Source of the DNA: Eledone cirrhosa
Lineage: Eukaryota
Reading direction: 5' to 3'
Assembly (NCBI GenBank): GCA_964016885.1
Contig: OZ024742.1
Location: 67,518,001-67,582,000, forward strand
DNA length: 64,000 nt
Position 1 is the stretch's first letter. Each line of letters begins with the position of its first letter. Made by a program: the position numbers and the translations under genes. The notes beneath the pieces were generated by a model that was not told where the DNA came from, ran no database searches, and worked only from the letters and a program-made list of their open reading frames with translations. Positions 13,421 through 27,024 of the stretch are shown piece after piece.

Positions 13421-16400
13421 TTTCTCTAATCTACTCTTCACTCTACACCCAATATATTCCCTCATCTACGTGCCCACCCGAAAATATTCAGACATGCTTA
13501 GCTCCCTTACACATACAACAAAATTACTTTAACACGCTTATTAATAAACAAAAACGTAGTAATGCACACACAGACACACATACACTCATGCTCATACGCA
13601 CGCCCACACACAGACACACACATACACACACCCACACACACACACAATATATATATATAAACACACATTTCTCAGTTGCTGTTTTATAGTGTGTTAGTAT
13701 GACAAAGAACAGCTTTTTTGTTTATTTCAGCTTCAGCTGACCAACTTGATGGTGAGTTTCGATTTTTTAATGAACGGATTAAGATGAACAGATACATATT
13801 TGTCACTAATAATATTTGTTATATTTGATACATACACTGACAAACCAGACTCATATACTATATTAATAGAGCCAGACATACATAGAAACAATGACGAACA
13901 ATGTATAGACCATTCCACCAACATACAGTGGTAAAAACACAAAATTAATAACAACTCACAAACACACTCACATGTCCTCCGTTTTCTATATTTCATTTTC
14001 TAATCTATCTACATTTTCTAATTCATCTCTTGATGCAAGACTAACCTCTGATACGTTGAATTTCTTTTCTCTCTTTCAATCACAGTGTGAACCTAATACA
14101 CTAATTATTTCTGTGGCTCAGTGTTTGTTATTTTTTTATCACATATATATATAAGTGTGTGTGTGTGTGGGGGGGGGGGGGGGAATTGTTATGTGTGTAT
14201 GTGTGTGTGTGTATGTGTGTGTATGTGTGTGTGTGTGTGTGAGTGAGTGAGTGAGTGTGTGTGTCTCTTTGTGTATGTATATCTATATATAATATTCAAT
14301 TGAACAAAGTTGGTTGATTAAAATCTGCCGATTTATTCTTTAGCAGACGTGAAGCACTCCACGAAGGATGTACGAATAAAACCGCCTCTCTTATTTATTA
14401 TATATATATGTGTGTGTGTGTATGTGTGTGTATGTGTGTGTGTATGTGTATGTGTGTGTGTATGTGTGTATGTCTATAACATGTTATCAACTCGTATAAG
14501 CGCCTAAAAACAGGTCACAATTTTGATGACACTTGTATTCTGGATTTGTGGACAATATTGGTTCTTGAAAAGTTGTGTAGCGCGGTTGTTCCGTGTAGCA
14601 AAATAAATAGATAATATAATACATATGTATATATATGTACAAAAATACCCATACATATATGCACATATACAGACATAAGCATACATATATACGCACATAG
14701 AAGCATGCTTATGTACATGCCCAAATAGCAATGCAAGTTAGTAAATCATGTTATATTTGATGTCACAGCGCCATTATTCACATTATATGTAATGGGAGGA
14801 TATTGATCACAGCTGCAAAGCTATAAAAGAGTTATATAGAAGATATATCCTGCTACACGCACGCACACACTCACAAACATACACACAAACACACATATAT
14901 ATATATATATATGGTGGGGTACATGTATATACTTATATATATATAGAGAGAGAGAGGGAGAGACAGTTGTTTTTTCGATAGCGACGGTATTTATTTTCTA
15001 GCCATATTTTACATCAAAGACGATATTTTGTTTCTCCCTTGCATATCTCCAGTGTCTATAAAATACGCGCACGTAATTTTCTGTATGCCACCTGTATTAA
15101 ATATTCTTTACGTTTACATGTTTATACATGTCCACTGATCATGTATAGTGTTGTTATACATATGAGGACATTAATTGATTTATTCAATCGTTTGTTATTT
15201 TTGTATATCTTTAGCTAATGGTGCAAAATATGAAATGTGTTTTTATGGTTCTCCTCATCAGATTATTTTTATTAAATATTTGTGGATAAACGGATACATG
15301 ATTGAATGTTTCTTGGACATAGGATAGTCTAGTATGGGCTTAAGTTGATTTCTGTGTCTAGCAGATTGTGTACCAATCAGTGGCTAAGATAGTATTTGTA
15401 TGTGTTTGTGTGTCTGTGAGTGAGAGAAAAGGATGGACGAATTTTGTTAAAATACCATGTTTAAAAAAATATAATTATTATTCTCAATATTAGCCCCACA
15501 CAACTTGTTATATAGCAAATACGTTCCCGACCCTCTACGTTGATAAACTCAAAACGTGAAGTTCGCGATTTTGAATCAATGCCTTGTACACACCGTATTC
15601 TCATAAAAACTGCTAAAAACGCATCTTTTCTCAATAATTTACTAAATCTAAGTTGTTTTCTTTCTTCCAATACTTTTTTGTTGAGTTTGGCAAACATTTT
15701 GAATATTACCATTTATCTTATATCTAAGCAAACATGAAGGACAATAACACATCTATTTTCTAAAATCATCCATATTTTCTTTTTCAAAACATTATTCTTT
15801 TACATGGCAGTTTAGTATGGCAGGGCGGGACATTAACCAGGCCTAAACATTTCAAGTATGTTTTATGATAGTTCGTAGGGGATTTTTTTCTTTGTTTCAT
15901 GGAGAGTTTAATGGCTGTCCATTTGAGAGTGTTTGATGTTTCTTGATGTGCCTTGTTGTTTACTTTAATGTTGATATGCTTCACTAGATCGACAAAATGT
16001 GCTTCTAAATTAAATTTTGGTAATTCTGGCCGGTAGTGTATAGTGTTTGGTACTGCGAAATTACGTCAATGGAATGAAACAGTGAACAAGAAGGTAGTGA
16101 GAGATTAATGTAGAATGAAATTGAAAAAGAGATAGAGAAGAAAAAAGAAGATATGGTGAAAATGAGAGGAATGCACCGGTAGAGGGAGATAGAAATCGAG
16201 ACTGGGTTAAAGACAATAGTGAGAACGACAAACACGTGAAATAAGGAGTGCAAAGGTGGAGAATAAAGAATTTTAATGTTTTAGAGGAGTAAGATATGGA
16301 CAAAGATGAGGGTGTGGTTTAAGGATATCCTGAAATGCCAAGCAACAAACTTTGGATCTAATAGCTGGAACAATAACCAAAAAGAAATAGGTATGTTGTG

Positions 16401-16695
16401 TCAAATTCCCCACCATCCAGGTCTACAACATGTTTGGTTGCAGATATTCTCAAGAAGCACCTCACCATTTTGCACTCTATAATCCCAAATGCGCCTAGAG
16501 CGCCAAAGACACACAAATCAGAGCAAGGTCGTCAGCTTTACCTCTGCATGAATGGTCAAAGAAAAGATGCCCCACTCATGAATGAATAAAAAATAAAATA
16601 AAAAACAATATATATATATATTTGAAAAAAAGAAAAGAATGACTTCACTTGTAGTTCTAAACATATTGATTTAATTTTATAATATTATTATATAC

Positions 16696-16882
16696 TGGAT
16701 TGGCAGTATCGGTAGAAGGTCGGACGCCATACTTTGACGCATATAGTTACGGCCCTTGCCATTCTGAGTTCGAATCCCGCCGAGGTTAACTTTGCCTTTC
16801 ATCCTTACGGGGTCGATAAAATAAAATACCAGTAATGCACTGGTAATTGCTGGCCTTGTGCCAAAAGGTAGAAACAATTATT
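16696..16882 (+). mobile_element. SINE S1
   Basis: Head, GAGTTCGAATCCC B box, core and tail all present. Confidence 0.92.
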
Positions 16883-16984
16883 CTATTATAAATACTATTA
16901 TAATATTACAATACAAGTGAAGTCATTCTTTTCCTTTTTTTCAAATATATCTAACTGTACCAAGGATCTCACACGTTTTCCAAT

Positions 16985-17062
<78 letters not shown>

Positions 17063-17200
17063 GACCATGGGATTTGCACCTAGAAAGTTCACCTCCGAGG
17101 CACAGTCTGGACAAGGTTGTTTGGTGAAAGACCAGCAGTCAACAATACATACCTATATTCACTCTCTACGCCACCGAAGTTATCCAAAGGAAAGGCAATG
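17063..17200 (-). mobile_element. Probable 3' part of another SINE family
   Basis: gaccatgggatttgcacctagaaagtt...gttatccaaaggaaaggc resembles, from memory, a common octopus interspersed repeat. No second copy in this window. Confidence 0.4.
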
Positions 17201-17995
17201 CCCAATACAAAGAACTGATCGACACGAAGCGGTAAAACCACATAATTGTCGAAGGTCTGAAGGTGCCACGTAGTAGGAGAGAGAACTATGCAAAATACAC
17301 ACGATAACCACACAGCCAGAAAAAAATTAAAAGATGCCTTACATATAAATTGAACGTAACTGTATACTATGTATCTAACCATATATCACAATAAAAACAC
17401 ATTATATCACATCAACCAAGGAAACTCGAAATATACGCAGCCAGGATAATGGTATCATTTACATCTCACAGATATTATAAATTATTGCTAGACAGAATGT
17501 ATATATATATTTTTTTATTGATATTGTGAGGTGTATTGTACGTATTATTCTATTAATGGAGAATTGTATATACATTTATTCAGTGACAGACAATCAAGTA
17601 TGATCCTGCATACAATGAATAGAGAGACATTTTGTACATATGAAGGTTTGTTTGTTTAAATATATAGTATTGTGCACGTAGGAATAAAGAAACACGTAAA
17701 TATATCACACATACAAAACCCAAACTCACACATATAAACATGCACGCATACACACGCACATATATATATGTATGTACATATGTATGTATGTCTATATGTG
17801 TGTGTATGTGTTTGTGTGTTTGTGTGTGCGTGTATATATGTGTGTGTTGTGTTTTGTTGTGCGTGAAAGAGTCGAGATGGCTGAGCTTTTGCCGTTTGAA
17901 CAGCTTGTTCCAGACTGAATCGCAGGTGTTTTGGCAATGGAAAAAAAGTATTTCATCAGATTCCGGTGAGCAAATAAGGGCATACATTATTTACT

Positions 17996-18181
17996 GGATT
18001 GGCAGTATCGGTAGAGGGTCTGACGCTATGCTTTGCAGCAAAGAGTTACGCCCCTTTATGGTTTGAGTTCAAATCCCGCCGAGGTTAACTTTGCCTTTCA
18101 TCCTTACGGGGTCGATAAAATAAAGTACCAGTAATGTACTGGTTATTGCTGGCCTTGTGCCTAAAGTAGAAACAATTATTT
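17996..18181 (+). mobile_element. SINE S1
   Basis: Head, B box, core and tail present. Confidence 0.92.
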
Positions 18182-18364
18182 GCTAATTGTAAATAATATC
18201 AATAATGAATGCAATTGTTTGGTCATTGGAATCCCCTGATTAAATAGAACTTTAAAAGGATATCCTCAATCCGGCTTCCTGTTGTTTTTTTTATCAAATT
18301 AATATATATGTGCGTGTGTGTGTATGTGTGTGTGTATGTGTATGTGTGTGTGTGTGTGTGTGTT

Positions 18365-18492
18365 GCAAGGTATTTGAAATCGTGATTTGAAACAAATATT
18401 GTTATACTTGGGGAGGGTCATATTGTTATAATATTGCCAGAAATAATAATAAAACACACGCCCTGTTTGCTTTGGATTGGTTTTCGCTTCTG
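18365..18492. mobile_element. Fragment of the pLTR of the PLE at 38.3-40.3 kb
   Basis: attgttatacttggggagggtcatatt...ttggttttcgcttct matches 38355-38441; a more diverged piece starts at ~19250. Confidence 0.75.
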
Positions 18493-18588
18493 TATATGTG
18501 ATATGCCTATAGTTAGTTTAGCTGGCAATCAATGGGGATATTGAATGACCGACGGCTAAATATATATATATATATATATATACTGCCA

Positions 18589-18638
<50 letters not shown>

Positions 18639-18683
18639 TGCCAAACCACCGCCCCTTTGCCAGAAATAATAATAATAATAATA

Positions 18684-18873
18684 ATAATTGTTTCTACATT
18701 AGTCACAAGGCCAGCAATTACCAGTGCATTACTGGTACTTTATTTTATCGACCCCGTAAGGATGAAAGGCAAAGTCAACCTCGGCGGGATTTGAACTCAG
18801 ATCGTAAAGGGACGTAACTATGCTGGAAAGCATGGCGTCCGACCCTCTACCGATACTGCCAATCCACCGCCCT

Positions 18874-18874
<1 letters not shown>
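18684..18874 (-). mobile_element. SINE S1, full length, within (AAT)n
   Basis: Complete from GGGCGGTGGATTGGCAG to the tail; AAT repeats on both sides. Confidence 0.93.
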
Positions 18875-18933
<59 letters not shown>

Positions 18934-18979
18934 TATATATATATATATATATATAATAGATTATATATATATATATATA

Positions 18980-19012
<33 letters not shown>

Positions 19013-19035
19013 CATTATTATTATTTCTGGCAAAG

Positions 19036-19220
19036 GGGCGGTGGATTGGCAGTATCGGCCCTTTATTATCTAAGTTCAAATTCCGCCAAGGTTAGTTTTG
19101 CCTTTCATCCTTACGGGCTCGGTAAAATAAAGTACCAGTCGCGTACTTTGGTAGATTTAATTGACTTTCCCATCCCCCAAAATAGTTGACATTGTACCTA
19201 TATAGAGAACATTATTATTT
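19036..19220 (+). mobile_element. SINE S1-related copy, internally deleted, with a longer variant 3' region
   Basis: Head GGGCGGTGGATTGGCAGTATCGG is joined directly to the B-box region; core present; divergent segment before the ATT tail. Confidence 0.8.
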
Positions 19221-20098
19221 CCCAATGTATAACAATATATATTCTATTTTGTTATACTTTGGGAAGGTCATGCTGCCAATAAAAACACGCACCTGCAGTT
19301 TTCACTTCAATTTATTATACATTTCCACTTGGTTGTTTCGTTGGTTCGATAGCCGGATGGTTGCTTATATATTTTCAACGCTCTTTCGTCACACATTCTG
19401 TGACCTCCTCGGTGACTGGACACCCGAAATAAAATACCTAATCACTGAGACACAAAATAAAAGTACATTAACTGAGCATGTCACAGAGTGTGTGACGAAA
19501 GAGATTGAAAATACGCGCGCGTTATATGAGTATTTATGTGTGTATTTGTATATAAGTTTATTTAATTATGTATACACACACACACACACACACACACATA
19601 CACATATATATATATATATATATATTTTATATATATTTTGATGTGTAATTGGTGTATACGTTCGTATGTGTGGGGGTACAGACGTTGCATATGTTTTGTA
19701 TGTGCGTGCGTGTTTTTTTTGTGTAAGTGCTTGTATTTTGCATACCCATGGCGAGTGTTTTCGCGTATGCTTTTGTATGTACGTATATGGATGCGTGTAT
19801 GTATATATGTAATTTCAATTACCTCTGTATTTTATTCATTTTATTCTTAACTCCGTAGCTGAGAATCTTTCGGTTTCCTAAATAGAATTTTAGTCTACGA
19901 CTTCAGTTATACCATTTAGGTGGTTTTGTGTTTGCGTGTAATTGTTGTCTCGCTAAACATAATGACGTATTATTTTCGTTTTTTCCGTTCATTGCCAGAG
20001 AACGTCTCCATCAATCACCTAATAGAATATTAGTCTACGACTTCATTTATACCATAAACGTGGTTTTGTCTTTGGGTGTAATTGTTTTCACCGCACCA

Positions 20099-20362
20099 AA
20101 TAATTGTTTCTACATTAGGCAGAAGGCCAGCAATTACCCAGTGCATTACTGGTACTTTATTTTATCGACCCCGTAAGGATGAAAGGCAAAGTCAACCTCG
20201 GCAGGATTTGAACTCAGATCGTAAAGGGACGTACCTATGCTGGAAATCATGGCGTCCGACCCTCTACCGACAATGCCAATCCACCAAATAATAATAATTG
20301 TTTCTACGTTAGGCACAAGGCCAGCAATTACCAGTGTATTACTGGTACTTTATTTTATCGAT
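20099..20362 (-). mobile_element. Tandem SINE S1 pair (near-full copy 20099-20286 + 3' fragment 20292-20362) within one TSD
   Basis: 16-bp TSD caccgcaccaaataat at 20089-20104 and 20367-20382. The insertion sits in the second unit of a ~140 bp tandem duplication (first unit ~19878-20012). Confidence 0.88.
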
Positions 20363-20517
20363 ATAACACCGCACCAAATAATGACATATTATCTTCGTTT
20401 TTTTTTTCGTTCTTTGCCAGGGAACGTTTCCACGAAGCAAAGTGTCGTCTTCCTGTCTTTCTTCAGCTGCAACATTTTTTGAAATATTTACTTCTGCATT
20501 CACAGATTGACTTCTTT

Positions 20518-20568
20518 AGTTTCAGAAGATCCCGTTAAGGGTGAAAGCAGCGATCCTTTGCTTAAACT
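20518..20568 (+). ncRNA. Compact type I hammerhead fold, one core mutation (U4>A)
   Basis: AGTTT CAGAAGA T CCC GTTAA GGG T GAAA GCA GCGATCCTT TGC TT AAACT; helices I, II and III all pair. Confidence 0.6.
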
Positions 20569-20671
20569 TTAATCTGTTATTTTAATAAATATTTGCTCTA
20601 TGGTTCTTATATATCTGATATATATTTATCCTTATCGAGACCTCTTTGGATTTTAGTCTTCAAATGTATTA

Positions 20672-20755
<84 letters not shown>

Positions 20756-21283
20756 CGGATTGCACACTTCTTTGAGGACATTTGTATGAATTTAGTAAAA
20801 GACACATATGTCATGAAAGAAGATAATTCTTTCCTCCAGTAGCAACGATGATGGATTCAATAAAACGTTGACCTGCCGAAATCAGATGATCTTTATATAT
20901 TTTAGATAATGTGCTAGAAATGTTATACTGTAATAGTGCATTTATTTATTTCCATTTTGACTAGGCTCCATACGTAGCAATCCAGCAGATTCAGGTCTTT
21001 GGAGCTAGGCCATATGATTAGGGTGATGTGATATTGGAGATTGTGAATCATCTATTCTTGAGTCATCATTCCTTTTACGAAACGTTGCAGAGATTTGTTG
21101 GTAAGTTTACGATCTTTCGAGGCGGATAAAAAGGTACCAGTCCAGTACTGGTGTCGATTCTTCCTCTATAGAAAAAGTCGGCTGTGTTCAGACCTGGAGG
21201 GGTTTTAAAGTGCCCTAGACACGCCGTTTGACGGTGTCTCTACGACTCCATAATGTGTAATGGGATTTCTATCTTTTATCCCG

Positions 21284-21315
<32 letters not shown>

Positions 21316-21380
21316 CAATTTTCAACTGTATATATATATATACAGTTGAACATTGCAAACTTGACTGTCACTACAGACTA

Positions 21381-21419
21381 TGAAACTGAAGATTGCGAAA
21401 GCATGAAAGTACTTGTTCA
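21381..21419 (+). ncRNA. Minimal type I hammerhead fold
   Basis: TGAAA CTGAAGA T TGC GAAA GCA T GAAA GTAC TT GTTCA. Intact core, GNRA-capped helix II, palindromic helix III (AGTACT), helix I with one mismatch next to the core. Confidence 0.6.
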
Positions 21420-21605
21420 ATTAATACTTAAAATTTAATATTCTACCATACTATTTCATTCTAATACCATTATACATTTTAGAGGATTGTAAATAAAACG
21501 AGTAAATCAAACAAAGTTGGAATCCCTTTTATTAATATAATCTTCTATACACAATCATACACACCCGTGTATATTTATCTCTCTCTCTCTCCCTCTCTAT
21601 GAGAC

Positions 21606-21683
<78 letters not shown>

Positions 21684-21785
21684 ATAATAATAAATTTGAA
21701 GACTAAAATCCAAAGAGGGCACGATAAGGATAAATATATATCAAATAAATAAGATCTTCAGAAACTGTTACAAACATTTTTTGTA

Positions 21786-21897
21786 ACAGTTTCTGAAGAT
21801 CTGATCGAGCTAACATTGTATTTGAAATTGACTGGCACAGCTTCTAGTATTCAGCAATTTTTAGACAACCTTAACAGAGAAACAATTGTTAGACTGT
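21786..21897 (+). ncRNA. Type I hammerhead with 79-nt helix II region (left arm of palindrome)
   Basis: ACAGTTT CTGAAGA [TCTG...CAGA] GAAA CAATTG TT AGACTGT. Confidence 0.7.
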
Positions 21898-22022
21898 AAA
21901 TAAATCCCCTTTTTTGTACTGTTGACCATGTTATTCTCCACTTTTTCAATTATATATATATATATATATATAATTGAAAAAGTGGAGAACATGGTCAACA
22001 GTAGAAAAAAGGGGATTTATTT

Positions 22023-22134
22023 ACAGTCTAACAATTGTTTCTCTGATAAAGTTGTCTAGAAATTGCTGAATACTAGAAGCAGTGCCAATCAATTTCAAAT
22101 ACCATGTTAGCTCGATCAGATCTTCAGAAACTGT
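22023..22134 (-). ncRNA. Type I hammerhead with 79-nt helix II region (right arm; sense to the PLE ORF)
   Basis: ACAGTTT CTGAAGA [TCTGAT...ATCAGA] GAAA CAATTG TT AGACTGT; 7-bp helix I including one G-U, 6-bp helix II base. Confidence 0.75.
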
Positions 22135-23461
22135 TACAAAAAATATATACGCCTATAACCTATACAAGCAAATATACGTACGAGAAAGTATACGTACCTT
22201 CATAAAACATACAGGTAATATATACTTACCTATACAAATAAGTAATGGTATAAACATAACATATACTTAGCTACCACATGAAGACGTATAATCTCCGCGT
22301 ATAGTTCGTACTATCCGTTAGGGTATAATGTGGGGCAGTAATACAGGAAAGTTTTGTGCAATTTATGTTTACAAGCCGAAATTGCCTCAGATTGTTTGTT
22401 TGGCGTAGAGTATTTCCAGGGCTTCAGCGGCGCAGATGTCACATGGTCTTTTACGATCTAGCCCTAGCTAGGATCTACCAGTGTAACTTATATGTCGTGT
22501 GGTTGTCTTTTATACTCCAGATATAAGCTGAAAGTGACGTCATATTCCCTCTTAAAGGGTTAAGAAAAGAATGGGTATGCATGTAAAGACGCTGCTTGAA
22601 TCTATTGGCGGTTAACCCTGTGTAGGCCCTACGGGACGTGGGTGTTTCAACCTTACATTTGTAGACAATGTTACTAGAGAGTCATTTTCCAGATAGGGGG
22701 CAGCCAACCCGATTACTACAATTACAGTTAGTACTAGCTACAGGGTTTCACGTGTTCCTACGGCTATGTAATTTAGCTAAATTTGAAGCTGTGATATTAT
22801 GTGCAAGGTTAGGAGTCGTAGAGTAAGAAATGTTAATGGCATTTCTATTAAAAGATCTTAGCTAATGGTGTGGTCACCTCCATATTATATGGTGGGTTAT
22901 ACCATATAATGCGTCGGGATCTATTTTTCCTAGGTCTATAATCATACTCTGTATATGCTACCTTATCGACAAATCCACTCCGAGCAAGAGCTTCATTGTA
23001 ATATGTGGAATGGTCGGTGAAAATATGCTCGTTTGTAGATAGACGGAAAAGCCTCGAAGAAATGTTTCTTACCAGGTTTGCGTTGGCGTGCCTTTTATTT
23101 CGATAATCAGGGAAAAGCGGACTACAAACAGGATAAATTTGGGTTTAAAACCTACAATAACCCTCCGAGTAACCCGGCATTGCTACCCTTCGAAAATGAT
23201 GTCTCGGAACTCACACGGAGTATCAAATTTCGGAATAGGAGCAATTCCATCCAGCAGGACCTGAAGAATAGAATTCGTTCTATTAACGATTCTAATGCCG
23301 TAGATAGCTATCCTTATCGAGCCCTCTTTGGATTTTAGTCTTCAAATTTATTATTATTACTCTATATATATATATATATATATATATACATAAAGCGGTT
23401 GAAATAATAATCATTAGCAAAAATTTAAAGACATAATTTGTGCGACTCAACTAATATGATG

Positions 23462-23543
23462 ATAATTGTTTCTACTTTTGGCAGTGTATTACTGGTACTT
23501 TATTTTATCGACCCCGTAAGGATGAAAGGCAAAGTTAACCTTG
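23462..23543 (-). mobile_element. SINE S1 3' fragment with internal deletion
   Basis: Core and tail only. Confidence 0.85.
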
Positions 23544-23907
23544 GTATGATAATGAGAGTTCATCATCTAAAGAACTCATGAAATTGAAAATGTGTATAGA
23601 GAAGCTTAAAAGAAATTGATCATCATATTTATCCGATCTACTGTCTCTAGCAAGATGTGTAAACAAAATGATTAAATCAAAAAATATTAAGAATCTTTGA
23701 AATATATGCATCACAAGACAAATGTCCGTAATTATAGATAATCCATACAAATAAATGTTGATAAAATGGTTGGCATACTCACTGAGCAAGCATGGAATAT
23801 GAGGTTCGATTCAACTCAGGTGTTCCTGTCCATAATGCTTCGTTTCTAGGAGTGCTTTATCAGATTTTCCTAAATATCATTCATATTGATCGACTATTAT
23901 TATGGTA

Positions 23908-24100
23908 TGGCAGTATCGGTAGAGGGTCGGACGCCATGCTATGCAACATAAAGTTACGCCCCTTTACGGTCTGAGTTCAAAGTCCCACCGAGGTTAACTT
24001 TCATCCTTACGGGTTTCATCCTTACGGGTTCGATAAAATAAAGTACCAGTAATGCACTGGGATAATTGCTGGCCTTGTGCCAAAAGTAGAAACAATTATT
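23908..24100 (+). mobile_element. SINE S1 with duplicated core motif
   Basis: tttcatccttacggg occurs twice in tandem at ~23999-24028. Confidence 0.9.
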
Positions 24101-24176
24101 ATGGTATTTTGCGTCGTGACGCACTCTTTTCATATATACATACATCTACACACACATACACACACATGCACACACG

Positions 24177-24315
<139 letters not shown>

Positions 24316-25339
24316 TTATATTTATGCGTGTGTCGGTTTAAATCACATATATTTGCTCTCAACTGAACAATATGAATGAAAAGCAAGAGAGACGTGATTG
24401 TGGTTAATATTCATGTGAAATATTCTAATGTTTTTTATTGTAATCTACAACATGAAGAGAATGTTTTCTCATGGTTCTACATACGTGGGTATTTGAATAG
24501 AAACGCCAAGAACAATTTCTCTTTGGTTATAATGACAAAGGTTTGTGTTTATGTCTACTTATATGCGTTCATATATGATGTATCTATAGTGAGAGGATTT
24601 CGTGTTATGTGATGGGTTGGCATTGGAAGGAAACTCAGAGTGGTTAATGGTGAAGGGGCGTAGGAATGGTAATAGCCGTGATACAATAATCGAGAGTTAC
24701 AAAAATAAAAACATAGATTGTGGGGGAAAGAATGAGGAGAAAGTATGTAGAGAGAGAATAGGGGGCAGAATAAGAGACGGAATTGTTTTAAATGTCAGAA
24801 CTTTAGTCTTGATATATAACATGCATTAGTGCGGTGGCGTTGAATAAATGAAGATATAAAGGTGCAGAATCATGTAGGTATTGTGTTGTCTAGTTGTTGT
24901 TGCATGTTAATACAAAGAGTAAGTGAGAGGAAGAAAGAAAAATTATGAAATAAAACTCAGAGAAAATAGTGTTAGCGATGATGTGGTAGTGTATGTATTG
25001 AAGAGAGACCATTAGAGGAAATGGAATTGAGAGATGTTTGAGAAAGATGTACCAAGAGAATAACGGATGTATATCACTCAGCCGGAATTTGAGAGTTTAA
25101 TTCTCCGGAGCGACGGCTTCCGCCATCGACGTATTTTATCTGATTTTCTAAACTATTTTTATAGAATCAACTGTGGTTATAGGTTACAGTTATATTCTGC
25201 ACTAATGTTCACCTGTCTCTAAATAAATATTATATATATCATATACATGTGTGTTTATGTGTGTGTGTGTGAGAGAGAGAGAGAGGGGGGGAGATAGATA
25301 GACAGAGAGAGAGAGAAAGAAAGAGTGAGAGAGAGAGAG

Positions 25340-25395
<56 letters not shown>

Positions 25396-27024
25396 CAAAT
25401 CGACAATAATGCGTCTATTAGTGTTTCTTAAATAAATGATACGGTCATGTAGTAGTCTATGATTATATGAATGGAATTTATATAACCGAGAGCGTATATG
25501 AAATCATATAATGTGAGGTTTGAGAATTTGTGTTTCCAAAATGTAAGTAGTTGCAGATTAGTTGTGAAGTTCTTTCATTCTATAGTTGAAACACGTACTG
25601 AATGATCTTAATCATTGGACAACTATCGTCTTTTCATTTGTGCACAAATTGCACCTACTATATTCGAGGATGTATAATTTGTGTTTATCAGTTGTGAAGT
25701 AGTTTAACTCTGGTTTTCGTACAAATAAAGGTTTTCTATAGTGTTTTCTAATTGTAAAACCAAAATACATGAAGTTCAACCATGTTTTAGTACACACAGT
25801 GTATGCAAGCCTACCGTCGATTTGGAAAACCACTTGACACCGCTGAAGTAATATATCTTTCAGCATAAAATGTTCAAGGTTTATAATGCTGACTGCATCA
25901 ACACAGAAATTTGGAGAAATATTTTATTTGAAGCAAATGAATATATATAATAGCATAATATACACAAGAGAAGGTTGTTGTAGTTGTTCACGTTGATGCG
26001 GAGGATGTAGCTGTTGTTATTATTGTTGTAGTTTTTGTTGTTTAGCTCCAGCTATCTTCTGATCGAGAAGTCCCGAGATCAAAGGCTTTCCAGCTACATC
26101 TGTCACTGTTTCTCACTCATCCTGCCTATGTTCGTATTACCTTTATCTATTATATCCTTAAATGAAAAGAAAAAATACAGCGTATGGTTGATATTAGCAA
26201 TGAAATGACACACTTAGGGTACTGAAATGGGATCAATATGCCGCATTGCCGATAAAATGTGCTGTATTTCGAAATTCAACACGACACAACTGAATAATTT
26301 TTTTGTGGTTAACTCATTTAACTGACCCTTGTGACGAGAAATAATTTCTTTTTGAGGTGTTTTAGATTTTTATTGAAAATGAAACAATGGAAATACACGG
26401 TCATTTGATCAAAGCTTACTGAATCAGAAACAACTCAAGCATAGATGTGAGAATCACTTTAAAAATCGTTCTTAAGTGCAATACTGTGACACGATATTCT
26501 AATAGGAATGAAATATTCTGTAAAGGACACAATCATTATTTGCATTGTTGCCAATTTCTTTAACGGGGCTATCCGGTTTGTTCTTAGATAGTAGCATACA
26601 TTAAAAAGTTATAGTCAGGTTTTAACTCATTAATATAATTATGTTTTAGAGATAAGTTACACATTAAAGTAGTTGTAATTCTCACTGAATGCAAATTCCA
26701 TTCAAATAATAATAATAATAACGTGTATTCAATGTATGTGTTGGGATAGAGGCCAGCAAAGAACAAAAGTTATAATGAAGTTTGAACTCACTCATGTAAT
26801 TACAAGTTAATTGAAATTGCAAGTGATGCATTTCTAGCAAAGGAAAATAAATGAAACCCAATCAGTAAATTCGTATATTTACCCAATAATAACAGTAATG
26901 TAGTAACAATATTGGCGTCTAATTTAGCCACAAGGCTAGTGCTTTCTATGGATAATAAACATTATTAAACCTACCACATCGACGAAGGAAGTGTGAAAGA
27001 CAAGATGCCATCGATAATATTAAT

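Larger units (their letters stand above)
21680..23365 (-). mobile_element. Rearranged Naiad-type PLE with inverted ends
   Basis: Minus 22.33-22.87 kb translates ISYSTTPNL...CNCSNRVGCPLSGK*LSSNIVYKCKV...AYTGLTANRFKQRLYMHTHSF...TSLSAYIW...CDICAAE. Plus 23078-23300 is a PLE N-terminal segment (LRWRAFYF...FGFKT..PP...FEND). Termini 21680-21732 and 23310-23362 are inverted. Confidence 0.85.
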
